Assembly: GCA_963786955.1 (NCBI GenBank) | Contig: CAWBAT010000004.1 | Location: 64,001-128,000, forward strand | Length of the DNA: 64,000 nucleotides | Direction: 5' to 3' | Source of the DNA: an uncultured Acidimicrobiia bacterium | GTDB lineage: Bacteria; Acidobacteriota; Terriglobia; Versatilivoradales; Versatilivoraceae | In this document: positions 30,256-46,100 of the stretch, in pieces | Numbering within the stretch: the first letter of the stretch is position 1 | Layout of the letters: each line of letters begins with the position of its first letter | The notes under the pieces: generated by a model | What the model saw: the letters and a program-made list of their open reading frames with translations, nothing else | The model's database searches: none | What the model was told of the DNA's origin: nothing | Made by a program: the position numbers and the translations under genes

Positions 30256-32234
30256 CCAACTTCGTCACGTTAGAGTCGATTTTAGTTTTTTTTGATGGTT
30301 GGGGCGAGGGAAGTGGTTTGTTTACAGCACTGGGATTGTGGAAAGCCGATGTAGTGCAGACCTACCCCCTTGTGTGGGCTCGATCGGCATGTCACTATCG
30401 GGCCTTATGTTTCTGCGATCTCATCAGCGAAGCAAAGATGGTAAGGATCATCGTTACTGGTCTTTGGTCGAGACGGTTCGCACGCCTGACGGGCCAAGGC
30501 AGCGAACGCTCTGTTACCTGGGAGAACTGAATGGCAACGCGCAGGCCCGTTGGCTAAAGACCATTGAGGTGTTCAACGAACAAGGGGAAAGTCGTCAGTT
30601 AAAGTTGTTTCCGGCGGAGGTGGAGTTTTCCGACAACGATCCGAATGTGGCGCGAGTGTTGTTGAAGAAAGTTCGTTTGGAACGAACGCGCCAGTTTGGA
30701 AACTGTTTTTTGGGTCTGGAACTGTGGAAGCGACTGGGACTGGATCGGTTTTACGAAGGGCAGCTGGATCAAGAGAGGGCCCAGGTTGGCTGGTCACGGG
30801 TGGCGGCGGTTCTGGCGATCAACCGGCTGTGTGCTCCTGGCAGTGAGTTGTCGATTGAAGAGCGTTGGTATCCGTCCACAGCCTTGGATGATCTGCTGGG
30901 GATCGGGGAGGGCCAGCTCAACGACACCCGCCTGTATCGTTGTCTGGATCGGTTGTTGCCGCACAAGAAGAAGCTGGAACAACATCTCAAGCAGCGTTAT
31001 GGGGAACTATTTGGGGCGGAGTTTGATGTTCTGCTGTATGACCTGACGAGCAGTTATGTGGAAGGGGCCGCCGAGCAGAACCCGCTGCTGCAGCGCGGGT
31101 ATTCGCGGGATCACCGGCCCGACTGCAAGCAGTTGATCATCGCTTTGATTGTGAATGTCGAGGGATTTCCATTCAGTTACGAGACTATGGATGGAGACCG
31201 TGCGGATGTGACCACGCTGGAAACGATGTTGCAAATGGTGGAGCGAAAGTATGGAAAGGCACGGCGGGTGTGGGTATTTGACCGGGGGATCGTCAGTGAG
31301 GAGAACCTAGCTGCTTTGCGAAAACGCGGGGGGCAGTATTTGGTGGGAACGCCGCGGAAGAAGTTGAAGGAGTTTGAACAGGAGTTACTGGCAGGGGGCT
31401 GGGAGCGGGTGCGGCCGGAGGTGGAAGTGAAACTGGTCGCGACGCCTGCCGGGGGAAGAAACCTACGTGTTGTGCCGGACGGCCGCTCGCCAGCAGAAAG
31501 AGAAGGCGATTCGGAGTCGTTTCTCGGCCCGGATCGAGGAGGCGCTCGGTCGACTCGCCAAACGCGTGCGGGAGGGAAGGCTCAAAGACCGCAACAAGAT
31601 CGAGCGCCAGATCGGAAAGATCCAAGCCCGCCATCCCCAGGTGGCCGATTTGTACCAGATGGATGTGGAGGAAACCAGCCAGGGGCTTCGCTTCGTCTGG
31701 AAGCTGGTGAAGGACTGCCAAGCGTGGCAGCAACTGCGCGAGGGCGCTTACCTGCTGAGGACCAATCTGCAGGCTGGGAGCGCCGAACAGCTCTGGAACC
31801 AATACATCCAACTGACGGAAGCCGAGGCGGCGTTTCGTGTCTTAAAGAGCGAGCTGTTGATTCGTCCGCTCTTTCATCAGCTCGAACGCCGCGTGAAGTC
31901 CCATGTCTTGGTGGCTTTCCTGGGTTACGCGCTCTGGGTGACGCTCAAACATCTGCTTCATCGAAAAGGCTCAAAGCTGTCTCCGGCCAAAGCCTTGTCG
32001 CTGCTGTCAAGCGTACACAGCACTGACATCATCCTTCCGACAACCGACGGCCGTCAGATCAGGTTGCGTCGAGTGACGACGCCGACCGAAGAGCAAAAAA
32101 CGTTACTCAACCACCTCGGCTTGGAGTTGCCCGAAAGACTCGATTTTGACTATGAATGTAGTGCAGACTCGGCAGCAGGCTAGATTGGTTCTAAACGACT
32201 TAACAGAAAATCACGTCACTTCGTGAGAACTTGG
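30256..32234 (+). mobile_element. IS1634-family insertion sequence (about 1.98 kb)
   Basis: Imperfect terminal IRs CCAACTTCGTCACG...GATTTT and, reverse-complemented, CCAAGTTCTCACG...GATTTT; flanking direct repeat GTTAGC at 30250-30255 and 32235-32240. Confidence 0.9.
30407..32183 (+). pseudogene. IS1634-family DDE transposase, frameshifted at the G5 run 31451-31455
   Basis: LLYDLTSSYVEG, GYSRDHRPDCKQ, VFDRG in the first frame; removing one G gives PAGEETYVLCRT..., continuing to YLLRTN, EAAFRVLKSELLIRPLFHQ, RVKSHVLVAFL. Confidence 0.88.
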
Positions 32235-32399
32235 GTTAGCGGCCAGACGCACGAAATTCAAACTTCAATTGGATGGCTGAACCAGAGGATTTTGAGGGCA
32301 TCGGGCCAAATTGGTTGATTTCCGGCCGGTATGCGTCAAGAACAAAGGGCAAAACATTTTCAATGGCTGATCTTCCATTCCCGGCAGTCTTCGGTCTCA

Positions 32400-32434
32400 C
32401 GAAGACATGCCAAAAACACATGTCTTCGCCACCC
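32400..32434 (-). repeat. GTGG-tagged REP-like element, copy 3 (inverted)
   Basis: Reverse complement reads GGGTGG-CGAAGACATGT-GTTTTTG-GCATGTCTTCG. Confidence 0.7.
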
Positions 32435-32489
32435 CGGCGAGCGCAGCTACCTTTGACTTGGCAAGCTTTCAACGCGGCCTCTCTTGCGG

Positions 32490-32888
32490 CTATCGTTCGG
32501 GGAAATGATTCATTTTCAGGCGAGCTGCCGCTTGGTCGCTTAAATCAACCATGGCTGCTGCGTTAATGGCAATCGCAATCGAGAGCGCCTCACTGATCTC
32601 CTCCTTACTGGCTCCCAAGGACACGGCCTTTTTCAGGTGCCCGTCGAGACAGCCTTCACAGCGTGCGGCAAGGGACGCGGCTATTGAGATAAGCTCCTGA
32701 ATCTTTGGCTCCAGCACGCGTCGTTCGGGGGTAAAATAGAGTTCTTTGTAAAAATTCCCGTAGATCTTCTTCATCCGCGGTTCCAGCATCGAATAAGATG
32801 TGGAACCTGCGGGCGAACTTCCGGGGATGAGAGGCTCCGAAGGTTGCCCTTCTTTGCTTGAAGCTTTCTTCTTGGTTTCTTCATCCAT
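32490..32888 (-). CDS. Carboxymuconolactone decarboxylase/AhpD-like protein
   Basis: LEPKIQELISIAAS...RCEGCLDGH..KAVSLGASKEEISEAL. Confidence 0.9.
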   Translation of the reverse strand: MDEETKKKASSKEGQPSEPLIPGSSPAGSTSYSMLEPRMKKIYGNFYKELYFTPERRVLEPKIQELISIAASLAARCEGCLDGHLKKAVSLGASKEEISEALSIAIAINAAAMVDLSDQAAARLKMNHFPER

Positions 32889-33042
32889 AGATGGTTCTCC
32901 TTCCCGATAGAAACGAGACCCTTAGTATAACTGGAACATTGGGCAGGACCAACGGATAAGCAAGCCAGATTGTTCCCCAGGATAGCAAGCACTATTCATT
33001 GCAGACAGATTAGATGTTGCTCATCGCTAAGTCTTCACCCCC

Positions 33043-33110
33043 CATTGTCCCCCCCTTGTGCAAGGGGGGACAATGATGTGCCGACTTTCCCCTTTGCAAA
33101 AGAAAGTCGG
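33043..33110. repeat. Tandem pair of hairpins (CCCCCTT..AAGGGGG-type palindrome)
   Basis: CATTGTCCCCCCCTTG-TG-CAAGGGGGGACAATG followed by CCGACTTTC...GAAAGTCGG. Confidence 0.65.
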
Positions 33111-33166
33111 TCTTGTGTAGGCCACCGATGGGATGGCGCACTCGGGGAGTACGCTCTATTGGGACA

Positions 33167-33913
33167 TTACAATTTCTTAGCGACAATGATCATGCGTGGA
33201 CTGGAGACCGCATAAGGCGAGGAATCCTTGTTCCCGTAAGTGGCTACGACTTTGAACCCGGCGTCCTCCAACATATCTTCGAGTTCAGCATGCGTATAGA
33301 GCTTGATGTCATACTCAACGTTCCGACGCTCTCCATGATCGAAGATGATGCGCTTGGTATGAATTCTGGATGTGTGGGCGTTGAAACCGATGTCTTCCAG
33401 AAGAAAGAACTCGGGCTCAATCTCATCCCAGCGGCGAGGTTGATTTTCCACTTTGTGGATCGTCCAGTCCCGGTTGACGGTTTCAATTAAAAACCTACCG
33501 CCGGGAACTAGCGCCTTGGCCACCGTCTCGAGTACCCCTTTGTTTTCGGCGTCCGAAAAGTAGCCAAAACTGGTGAAGTAGGAGAAAGCGGCGTCAAAGC
33601 GGGTGACGAAATGAGTCTGTCGCATATCTCCGATCAGAAATTCCACATTGGGAAGTCCTTTCGACCGGGCCGACTGTATTGCCATCTCGATGAAACGAGG
33701 GGAAAGGTCAATGCCGGTGACTTCAAATCCTCGCTGAGCCAATTCAATGGCGTGCCGGCCATGCCCGCATGCTAAGTCCAAGACTCGCCCTCCCTTCGGA
33801 ATCGACAAGGTGGATACAATAAAATCGACCTCGGCACTATTCTTTTCCGGTGTGAACGTGGGGAAGTAAATGCGGTCGTAATCCCGATTAAACAATTCCT
33901 CATACCAGTTCAT
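33167..33913 (-). CDS. Class I SAM-dependent methyltransferase
   Basis: VLDLACGHGRHA, VTGIDLS, GDMR, FTSFGYF, ALVPGGRFLIE. Confidence 0.93.
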   Translation of the reverse strand: MNWYEELFNRDYDRIYFPTFTPEKNSAEVDFIVSTLSIPKGGRVLDLACGHGRHAIELAQRGFEVTGIDLSPRFIEMAIQSARSKGLPNVEFLIGDMRQTHFVTRFDAAFSYFTSFGYFSDAENKGVLETVAKALVPGGRFLIETVNRDWTIHKVENQPRRWDEIEPEFFLLEDIGFNAHTSRIHTKRIIFDHGERRNVEYDIKLYTHAELEDMLEDAGFKVVATYGNKDSSPYAVSSPRMIIVAKKL

Positions 33914-36147
33914 GGCGTATGCTCCGTTTTTATGGTTAGATTGTCCAGTGTCTCCGTTAGAGATGTGTGGTGAGCCGTGTCGCTTTCAGGCTCAAATTCT
34001 CCTATTTCTCTCACAACTTCCATGAGTTTGCCCACCTCAAACAAAATGGCCTCGCAATGCTTCTTCTGAAGGGAAGAACTTCTTCCAAAACGTATATAAA
34101 TAACCTGAACTTCTTCCCGGATCCGGTCCAGGGTTGTCTCAACAGCCCGGCGGAGCGCGAGGCAATATTCTCGACGAAGCTCATCAATCTTCAGCAACCC
34201 TTCCCATTGATGGAGATTTCGTAAGGTCAAAACAATCGACCCGCGCAACTCAAACAAAAGATTCTGATCGTTGGTTGTAAAATCCGTATTCTTGTCAACC
34301 AGAAGGACACCGCCAAGAGGTTTTTCTTGAAAGAAAAGCGTGCAAACCATGCAGTTCCGCTGGATGATCAGGCTCAGAGGCCCTTCAATTCCAGAATCAT
34401 TACCTGGCACATTGGAGTAATACACATTCCGTGAGTCGGCAGCCCAACCGGGAAACCATTCCTCTTTGATCTCCAAAGAGCACAACTCACCCCCGTCGCC
34501 CCGAATAACAGGATTCTCCCATAAGGCCCGAAACGTTCGGTCTTCCTGGGTGTAGAGTAAAAGAATCGCCTGTTGCACCGAAAAAATCCCTTGGAGCGTC
34601 TCACATAACCGGGGGAGATGAACACTCATTGGGCCCACCGCATCTGAGCAAGACAGGATCGCAACCTGATGAGTCAATGACTGAAGAGCTTCCATTTCCG
34701 CTGGATGGGCTTCTCCGATAACAGGGGACTGCTCCTCGTCATGAAAGGGAAACGGATCATCACCTACTCCCCCCGCGGACTCTGGATTGAATTCACCCAA
34801 GAGCTCCGCTGGATGGGATTCTGCGATAACAGGGGATAGTTTCTCGTCATCAAAGGGAGGCGAATCCTCCCCAGGTTTCCTCGCGGTCTCAGAATTGAAT
34901 TCATCTAAGTGCTCCATTGGCTCCGGAGGAGGCCAATGGGCATCGGCATCATCCCCGGACGCCTTCCCGCGCTTCGTATCGTGCTGTAATATCCACAAGG
35001 AATTCAAGGAAAGCATCAAGCCCACGATGACCGCAATCCAAGTCGTCCAACGTTGTCGGCTCAAAAACGATCCGGGACGCTCACCCGCAGAGATATCATT
35101 TTCCTCGTCGGGTGTGACGCGTGTTACCAATCTGGCTGAGATCGGTCCTAAAGGCAAAATTTGTAGATACTCTCCTGACAATCGCCCTGAGTAAGCTGCC
35201 GTCATCGGCAATCCGCTGAGAATCGACTCGAGTTCTGAAAAATTGTGGAGCTTCAGATCTTTCAGAAATTGAGGGGTCCCTTCCACCCGGTCCTGAGTGA
35301 CGGACTGCTCCAGTCTCGGACTGATCCCGAGCACCTTGTCGCCACTCCCGAGTATCAGGGCTTGCCGGTCACGGAAATCAGAGGCGAGGAAACATCCCTT
35401 GGCCAAAGGAAGCGGGTTGACCTCAGTGACGATGACTCCATGAAATTGATCTCCCGCGAAGAAGGGAGCCGCACACAGTACCCGGCTCCCCTGCTCCGGA
35501 GGAATCGCCGTGATCACTTCCCAGACTGCATCGTGTTCAGGATCATGTGCCGGACTGGCCTTGACAAAGATCGAGAGAGTGGAGGATTGATAGTCCTTCT
35601 TCATCCGTCCACTTCTAATTTGCTCTTTAAAGTTGAACCAGGGGAAACTCCGCTGGAACGAATCCACCGTAATGAGGCTAAGCCGTCCATAGATGGGATT
35701 CTGGCGCATGAGCGTTTGAAACATCGGATTGAGATACTCAGAAAGTCTAACTTCTTTCAACAGAGTGGGCGTCAAAGGAGTTAAGGTGCTCAGGAAGGCA
35801 ACTGACGTGCCGTCATTACGGACAGAGCCATAGATGCCAATCTTTTCATCGTAATCATATTCCCCGGGCTGAGCGGAAAGCCGGTAGCTTTCAGGATGTG
35901 AAAAGATATCCGTCGCCAAGTCCGCAAGGAACTTGGTGTCCAGGCGAGCTTTTTCCAGTTTAAGAGAAAACAAGGCGGCTATAGGCTTTGCCTGATTCTG
36001 CAGCGCCCGACCTACAAAGAGTTCATTCGGATGAGAGGTTTTGGGGCGAAATGAAAAGAAAATCACAAGAAGGAGAATCGCGATCATGATGCAATTCATC
36101 CCCAAGAGGTATCGGGTTCGCGGTCTTAAGAAAGTGTGCAGGCGCAT
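33910..36147 (-). CDS. Membrane sensor-like protein (TM-Cache-like-TM, acidic duplicated linker, GAF-like); no output domain recognised
   Basis: Two TM segments flanking a periplasmic region (..VLCAAPFFAGDQFHGVIVTEV); GAF-like LFFQEKPLGGVLLVDK..DFTTNDQNLL; start uncertain (ORF open to 36234). Confidence 0.65.
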   Translation of the reverse strand: MRLHTFLRPRTRYLLGMNCIMIAILLLVIFFSFRPKTSHPNELFVGRALQNQAKPIAALFSLKLEKARLDTKFLADLATDIFSHPESYRLSAQPGEYDYDEKIGIYGSVRNDGTSVAFLSTLTPLTPTLLKEVRLSEYLNPMFQTLMRQNPIYGRLSLITVDSFQRSFPWFNFKEQIRSGRMKKDYQSSTLSIFVKASPAHDPEHDAVWEVITAIPPEQGSRVLCAAPFFAGDQFHGVIVTEVNPLPLAKGCFLASDFRDRQALILGSGDKVLGISPRLEQSVTQDRVEGTPQFLKDLKLHNFSELESILSGLPMTAAYSGRLSGEYLQILPLGPISARLVTRVTPDEENDISAGERPGSFLSRQRWTTWIAVIVGLMLSLNSLWILQHDTKRGKASGDDADAHWPPPEPMEHLDEFNSETARKPGEDSPPFDDEKLSPVIAESHPAELLGEFNPESAGGVGDDPFPFHDEEQSPVIGEAHPAEMEALQSLTHQVAILSCSDAVGPMSVHLPRLCETLQGIFSVQQAILLLYTQEDRTFRALWENPVIRGDGGELCSLEIKEEWFPGWAADSRNVYYSNVPGNDSGIEGPLSLIIQRNCMVCTLFFQEKPLGGVLLVDKNTDFTTNDQNLLFELRGSIVLTLRNLHQWEGLLKIDELRREYCLALRRAVETTLDRIREEVQVIYIRFGRSSSLQKKHCEAILFEVGKLMEVVREIGEFEPESDTAHHTSLTETLDNLTIKTEHTP
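34700..34915 (-). repeat. In-frame 108-bp (36-aa) tandem duplication
   Basis: EHLDEFNSETARKPGEDSPPFDDEKLSPVIAESHPA / ELLGEFNPESAGGVGDDPFPFHDEEQSPVIGEAHPA. Confidence 0.88.
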
Positions 36148-36318
36148 CGGGAAAAATGGGGCCAGCCTTAGGCGGTCGAATGAGGCAAAGAGTATCGCCG
36201 CAAAAACAGTAAAGAATGGCGTGCCGAATGTCAATGTTACTAGAAGGGGGATTCAGACTGTTGCCTTTGGAATGGGACTTGGTATCAGAAACCTTCTAAC
36301 GTTCGGCCCTTCATGAAC

Positions 36319-36355
36319 AAAAAAAAGCCCTTGCGGATTGACCCGCAAGGGCTTT
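36319..36355 (-). terminator. Rho-independent terminator of rpoBC
   Basis: AAAGCCCTTGCGG-loop-CCGCAAGGGCTTT hairpin followed by a T-run on the minus strand. Confidence 0.92.
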
Positions 36356-36381
36356 CATTCCAGTCCACTCTATTTTGAAGG

Positions 36382-39300
36382 TTAGTTTACAGTAGGAAAG
36401 CCATCACTGCTCAAAGTGCTTTCGAATTCGGAGTCGCCCACAAAGTCTTCACCGACCCCTTCTTCACTGGGAGTTGGTTCTTCCGTCTTCAATTTGACAT
36501 TGCGGTAAAACTCCATTCCAGTGCCGGCAGGAATTAATCTTCCCATGATCACGTTTTCCTTTAAACCTCTCAGATAGTCGATCCGGCCACTGATGGAGGC
36601 TTCGGTCAGCACACGAGTGGTTTCCTGGAACGAGGCAGCGGAAATAAAGGAATCGGTGGAAAGAGAGGCTTTCGTGATGCCGAGGAGAAGCGGACTGCCT
36701 TTGGCAGGAACCCCGTCATCCGCTTTGACCCGATCATTTTCCTCCTGGAAGCGGAATTTGTCGACCTGCTCTTCCAAAAGGAAATCAGAATCACCCACCT
36801 CTTCGATCTTCATCCAGCGCATCATCTGCCGGACTATGACTTCGATGTGTTTGTCATTAATATTGACCCCCTGCAGGCGGTAAACCTCTTGAATTTCGTT
36901 GACCAGGTATGCCTGTAATTCCTTTTCTCCGAGCACGGCCAGGATGTCATGAGGATTCAAGGGGCCGTCCATGAGTGGTTCGCCCGCTTTCACAGTCTCG
37001 CCTTCTTGAACGTTCACGTGAACCCCTCGCGGCAGAGAGTATTCTTTTTCCATCCCACTTTCATTCGTGACCAGGATTTTGCGGGTTCCTTTGGCAATAT
37101 CCCCATATCGGACCACACCGTCAATTTCTGTAATGACGGCGGTTTCGCGTGGCTTTCGGGCTTCAAACAATTCCACGACGCGCGGCAGTCCGCCCGTAAT
37201 ATCCTTGGTTTTGGTGGTTTCACGCGGGATCTTGGCCAGAATGTCGCCAGGATGGACTTCTTCTCCATCCGTAACCATAAGGTGGGCCCGTGAGGGCATG
37301 AGATATTTTTTGACTGCCTTATGTTTGTCAGAACTCTTGATCACGATCTGAGGTTGTCGCTTTTCATCCTGTGACTCAATGACCACCAAGCGGGAGAGGC
37401 TGGTCACTTCGTCGACTTCTTCCTGCATCGTGACGGCATCAACCAAGTCCTTGAACTGGATGGTTCCTCCCACCTCAGTCAAGATGGCATAAGTGTAAGG
37501 ATCCCACTCGACGAGTACGTCACCGACTTTTAACTCGTCCTCTTCCTTTAATTTAATTTTGGCGCCGTAAACCACGGAATAACGCTCTTTTTCACGGCCT
37601 TTCTCATCCACGACCGCAATGAGTCCGTTCCGGTTCATGACAATCAGGTCACCCTCTTTGTTGGTCACAGTAATCAAATTGATAAATTTGAGGATCCCGT
37701 CATTTTTGGCTTCCAAAGTCGATTGCTCGGATACGCGACTGGCGGTCCCCCCGATGTGGAAAGTCCTCATCGTGAGCTGCGTTCCGGGTTCTCCGATAGA
37801 CTGGGCGGCAATCACCCCGACCGCTTCACCTAATTCAACCATCGAACCGCTACCGAGGTTGCGTCCATAACACTTCACACAAACCCCACGGCGGGATTCG
37901 CAGGTCAACACCGACCGAATCTTGACGCGTTCCACCCCGGCTGCCTGAATATCGTTGGCCAGGCTCTCTGTAATTTCCTGATTCAGGTTCACAATAACGT
38001 TGCTTTCGTAATCCTTGATCTCATCCAGAGAAACTCGACCGACAATTCGGTCGCGCAACGGTTCGATGATCTCCCCACTCTCCACAATCGCGGTCACGTA
38101 GATACCGTTGAGAGTGCCACAATCTCCCTCTGAAATAATCACGTCTTGGGCCACATCAACCAACCGGCGCGTCAGGTAACCGGAATCCGCCGTCTTCAAA
38201 GCGGTATCGGCCAGACCTTTGCGGGCACCGTGAGTTGAAATGAAGTACTGCAGCACAGTCAGTCCTTCACGGAAGTTGGCCTTAATCGGGGTCTCGATAA
38301 TTTCACCCGATGGCTTGGCCATCAAACCGCGCATCCCGGCCAACTGACGGATCTGCTGTTTGGATCCGCGAGCACCCGAGTCCGCCATAATGTAGATCGG
38401 GTTGAACTCGGTCCCTTCCTTGTTCTCTCTCTCAATCCCCTTGATCATTTCATCCGCAACCTTTTCGGTCACGTTGGACCAGATTTCAATCACTTTATTG
38501 TAGCGTTCGCCCTTGGTAATGGCGCCGTCTTGATACTGCTGTTCAACCTTTAACACCTCGCGCTCGGCGGATTCCACAAGCTTATTCTTCTCAGCCGGGA
38601 TGAGCAGGTCATCAATTCCGATGGAGATTCCAGCCTTGGTCGCATAGGTAAAGCCAAGCGCCTTGATTTCGTCCAGCATCTTGACGGTCTTTTCCAACCC
38701 CAATCGCAAATAACAAAATTGAACGAGTTGGCCCAAGCCTTTCTTCTTCATCAAGCCATTGATAAATGGCATTTCTTTGGGGAGATGATCGTTCAAGATC
38801 ACGCGCCCCACGGTAGTTTTCAGGTAATCCCTCTCCAGATGAATGACTTCCGTGTGCATGAGGTCCTGGTCATCGTAGGCGGTAGTCAAATCGATCACAT
38901 CACCGGTATAGCGGTAACGGATGGGAGTCAATGTTTCCAACTCCCCGGCTTCCAGTGCCAGGAGAACTTCCTCAGTACTCCCAAAAACCCGGCCTTCGCC
39001 TTTCGTCCCACCTCTCAACATGGTCAAATAATAACAGCCCAGGACGATGTCCTGAGTGGGCACGGTGATGGGCAACCCGTTTGAAGGCGACAGAATATTG
39101 TTCGACGACAGCATCAACACGGAGGCTTCAATCTGGGATTCGGGCGAAAGTGGAATGTGAACCGCCATCTGGTCTCCGTCGAAGTCAGCGTTGAATGCCG
39201 TACAAACCAGCGGATGGATTTGAATGGCCTTGCCCTCGACCAGCACCGGCTCAAATGCTTGAATCCCGAGGCGGTGCAAGGTGGGAGCGCGGTTGAGAAG

Positions 39301-40560
39301 CACGGGATGTTCTCGAATCACCTCTTCGAGGATATCCCACACAATGGGCTCCTGCTGTTCAACCATTTCTTTCGCGGCTTTGATAGTCGAACAATGCCCC
39401 GACTGCTCCAGCCGGTTGTAGATGAAGGGTTTGAATAATTCGAGAGCCATCCTCTTGGGTAAACCGCAATTATGCAACTTCAAGTCCGGTCCTACAACGA
39501 TCACGGAGCGGCCGGAATAGTCCACACGTTTTCCGAGTAGGTTTTGGCGAAAGCGGCCTTGCTTGCCCTTCAAGGTATCTGACAGTGATTTTAGCGGGCG
39601 GTTGTTCGCTCCGCGTAAGACTCTCCCTCTTCGGCCGTTGTCAAATAGGGCATCCACCGCTTCCTGAAGCATTCTTTTTTCGTTGCGAACGATGACGTCG
39701 GGCGCATGCAACTCAATCAGCTTCTTCAATCGATTGTTGCGGTTGATAACACGGCGATACAAATCGTTCAAATCTGAAGTCGCAAATCGGCCCCCATCCA
39801 GAGGAACCAACGGTCTCAGCTCCGGTGGAATTACCGGGATCACATCCAGGATCATCCATTCCGGTTTGTTGCCAGATTTGCGGAATGATTCGACAACCTT
39901 AAGGCGTTTCGAGTACTTCAACTTCTTTTGCTGGGAATTCTCGGTTTTCATCTTATGCCGAAGCTCAATGGACAATTCTTCAATATCAATCTGCTTCAGC
40001 AGTTGTTTGATCGCCTCCGCACCCATCATGGCCGTGAACTTCCCGGAGTACTCATCCATCATCTGGCGGAATTTGTCTTCACTCAGGACTTCTTTTTCCT
40101 TGAGGGGCGCATCGCCAGAATCAATGACCACATAGGCTTCGAAGTAGAGAATTCTCTCCAATTCCCGCAGGCTGATGTCCAGCAGATGGCCGATGCGGCT
40201 GGGAAGGCCTTTAAAAAACCAAACATGGGAACAAGGGCTCGCCAATTCAATATGTCCCAGACGTTCGCGGCGGACTTTGGAGAGGGTCACCTCAACACCG
40301 CATTTATCGCAAATGACTCCTCGGTGCTTCATCCGTTTGTACTTCCCGCACAGACATTCCCAATCCGTTACCGGTCCAAAAATCTTCGCGCAGAACAAGC
40401 CGTCACGCTCGGGTTTAAAAGTCCGGTAGTTGATGGTTTCGGGTTTGGTCACTTCACCCTTGGACCAGGAGCGAATTTTTTCCGGGGATGCCAAGCTGAT
40501 TCTGATGCTGTCAAAATCGGCAATGACATTGCCTCGATCATAGGGGTTTTGTCGAAACAA
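36382..40560 (-). CDS. rpoC: RNA polymerase beta' subunit
   Basis: [21 protein letters not shown], Zn motif CLCGKYK...CDKC. Confidence 0.99.
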   Translation of the reverse strand: MFRQNPYDRGNVIADFDSIRISLASPEKIRSWSKGEVTKPETINYRTFKPERDGLFCAKIFGPVTDWECLCGKYKRMKHRGVICDKCGVEVTLSKVRRERLGHIELASPCSHVWFFKGLPSRIGHLLDISLRELERILYFEAYVVIDSGDAPLKEKEVLSEDKFRQMMDEYSGKFTAMMGAEAIKQLLKQIDIEELSIELRHKMKTENSQQKKLKYSKRLKVVESFRKSGNKPEWMILDVIPVIPPELRPLVPLDGGRFATSDLNDLYRRVINRNNRLKKLIELHAPDVIVRNEKRMLQEAVDALFDNGRRGRVLRGANNRPLKSLSDTLKGKQGRFRQNLLGKRVDYSGRSVIVVGPDLKLHNCGLPKRMALELFKPFIYNRLEQSGHCSTIKAAKEMVEQQEPIVWDILEEVIREHPVLLNRAPTLHRLGIQAFEPVLVEGKAIQIHPLVCTAFNADFDGDQMAVHIPLSPESQIEASVLMLSSNNILSPSNGLPITVPTQDIVLGCYYLTMLRGGTKGEGRVFGSTEEVLLALEAGELETLTPIRYRYTGDVIDLTTAYDDQDLMHTEVIHLERDYLKTTVGRVILNDHLPKEMPFINGLMKKKGLGQLVQFCYLRLGLEKTVKMLDEIKALGFTYATKAGISIGIDDLLIPAEKNKLVESAEREVLKVEQQYQDGAITKGERYNKVIEIWSNVTEKVADEMIKGIERENKEGTEFNPIYIMADSGARGSKQQIRQLAGMRGLMAKPSGEIIETPIKANFREGLTVLQYFISTHGARKGLADTALKTADSGYLTRRLVDVAQDVIISEGDCGTLNGIYVTAIVESGEIIEPLRDRIVGRVSLDEIKDYESNVIVNLNQEITESLANDIQAAGVERVKIRSVLTCESRRGVCVKCYGRNLGSGSMVELGEAVGVIAAQSIGEPGTQLTMRTFHIGGTASRVSEQSTLEAKNDGILKFINLITVTNKEGDLIVMNRNGLIAVVDEKGREKERYSVVYGAKIKLKEEDELKVGDVLVEWDPYTYAILTEVGGTIQFKDLVDAVTMQEEVDEVTSLSRLVVIESQDEKRQPQIVIKSSDKHKAVKKYLMPSRAHLMVTDGEEVHPGDILAKIPRETTKTKDITGGLPRVVELFEARKPRETAVITEIDGVVRYGDIAKGTRKILVTNESGMEKEYSLPRGVHVNVQEGETVKAGEPLMDGPLNPHDILAVLGEKELQAYLVNEIQEVYRLQGVNINDKHIEVIVRQMMRWMKIEEVGDSDFLLEEQVDKFRFQEENDRVKADDGVPAKGSPLLLGITKASLSTDSFISAASFQETTRVLTEASISGRIDYLRGLKENVIMGRLIPAGTGMEFYRNVKLKTEEPTPSEEGVGEDFVGDSEFESTLSSDGFPTVN

Positions 40561-40674
40561 GGTGGACCTCCTCTGGAGGGTACGATTCTAAAAATTTTCA
40601 GACTTCTTATGACAATTTCAATTCAGACCGCCGTCATTGCGGCATTTTCTCAATAAAACCTATCGCTTCATTCT

Positions 40675-44943
<4,269 letters not shown>

Positions 44944-45035
44944 CTCTTTAACTCCTTGGGAACCAGTTGAGAACGATTGGCCCCGGCACAACGTTCAAAT
45001 ACTGGAAAAATGGATTGGATACAGGCTTATGGGGG

Positions 45036-45070
45036 AAAATAGGAAGAGGGGGAAGCACACTTCCCCCCGC
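45036..45070 (-). terminator. Hairpin between rplL and rpoB (terminator/attenuator candidate)
   Basis: Minus strand GGGGGAAG-TGTG-CTTCCCCC followed by pyrimidine-rich TCTTCCTATTTT. Confidence 0.55.
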
Positions 45071-45128
45071 AGGATTTTGATCAATTTTTGAATCAAAATA
45101 CAGACTTAGAAGCAATCGAGTCCTGTAG

Positions 45129-45512
45129 TTACTTTAATTCGACAACAGCCCCTGCGTCAGCAAACTTCTTCTTGATGGTCTCCGCTTCCTCTTTGCTGAC
45201 CCCTTCTTTAATCGTCTTGGGAGCACCATCCACCAAATCTTTGGCTTCCTTCAGCCCAAGACTGGTTACTTCGCGAACTGCCTTGATCGTATTGATTTTA
45301 TTAGAGCCAACATTCGTCAATACGACCGCAAATTCCGTTTTCTCCTCGACTGGAGCAGCCACTGCGCCACCCCCTCCACCGATAGCCATAACCGGGGCAG
45401 CGGCAGCCGCAGAGACACCGAAAGCCTCTTCTAGCCCTTTGACTAACTGAGAAGCTTCCAGTAGCGTCAGCACCTTAATCTCTTCTAATATCTTTTGCAC
45501 TTTGTCAGACAT
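45129..45512 (-). CDS. rplL: 50S ribosomal protein L7/L12
   Basis: [30 protein letters not shown]. Confidence 0.98.
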   Translation of the reverse strand: MSDKVQKILEEIKVLTLLEASQLVKGLEEAFGVSAAAAAPVMAIGGGGGAVAAPVEEKTEFAVVLTNVGSNKINTIKAVREVTSLGLKEAKDLVDGAPKTIKEGVSKEEAETIKKKFADAGAVVELK

Positions 45513-45555
45513 TCAGCATCTCCTCCTGAAAAATAGGATCATCCATTATTTTCAA

Positions 45556-46080
45556 TTATTCTGAAAAACTCTTCTTCTCTGCTGCCTGGTTCAGCACGAC
45601 CGCCAGATTCCGGGAAACGGCGGATAGGGCCGTCGCGAGGCGCTGGGCTTGAGCATTCAACAAGAACATTAATTTCGAGATCAACTCCTCCTTGGATGGA
45701 AGGCTGGCGATTTGATCCAAGTCCGCCAGATTAACCACTCTTCCTTCAACCATGCCCGCTTTGAAGACAAAAAGCGGATGGTTCTTCGCATAAGCGGTCA
45801 GGGCCTTCGCCAAGGTAACCGGATCGGTCTCGTTATAGATCACGGCACTGGTCCCGACAAACTGATCTTTCAAGGGCGCCACCGATGTTTTCTCCGACGC
45901 CTTTTGTGCCAAGGTATTCTTCACTACCTTGTACTTCGAGCCCGTCGCTCGAACGCTCCGCCTCAACTCGGAATCCTGAGCCACTGTGAGTCCCTGAAAG
46001 CCAGCAACAAAAAGATTCTTGGCCTTCTGAAATTCCGCATTCAGTTTCTGAATTTCCTGCTCTTTTTCATCACGATTCAT
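45556..46080 (-). CDS. rplJ: 50S ribosomal protein L10
   Basis: YKVVKNTL, IASLPSKEEL; position in operon. Confidence 0.97.
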   Translation of the reverse strand: MNRDEKEQEIQKLNAEFQKAKNLFVAGFQGLTVAQDSELRRSVRATGSKYKVVKNTLAQKASEKTSVAPLKDQFVGTSAVIYNETDPVTLAKALTAYAKNHPLFVFKAGMVEGRVVNLADLDQIASLPSKEELISKLMFLLNAQAQRLATALSAVSRNLAVVLNQAAEKKSFSE

Positions 46081-46100
46081 GAAAAAATGCCCCCCTCGGC

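Noticed and set aside
31445-31470. Programmed ribosomal frameshift in the transposase
   Set aside because: IS1634 transposases are normally one ORF and there is no A6G-type slippery site; a homopolymer indel is simpler.
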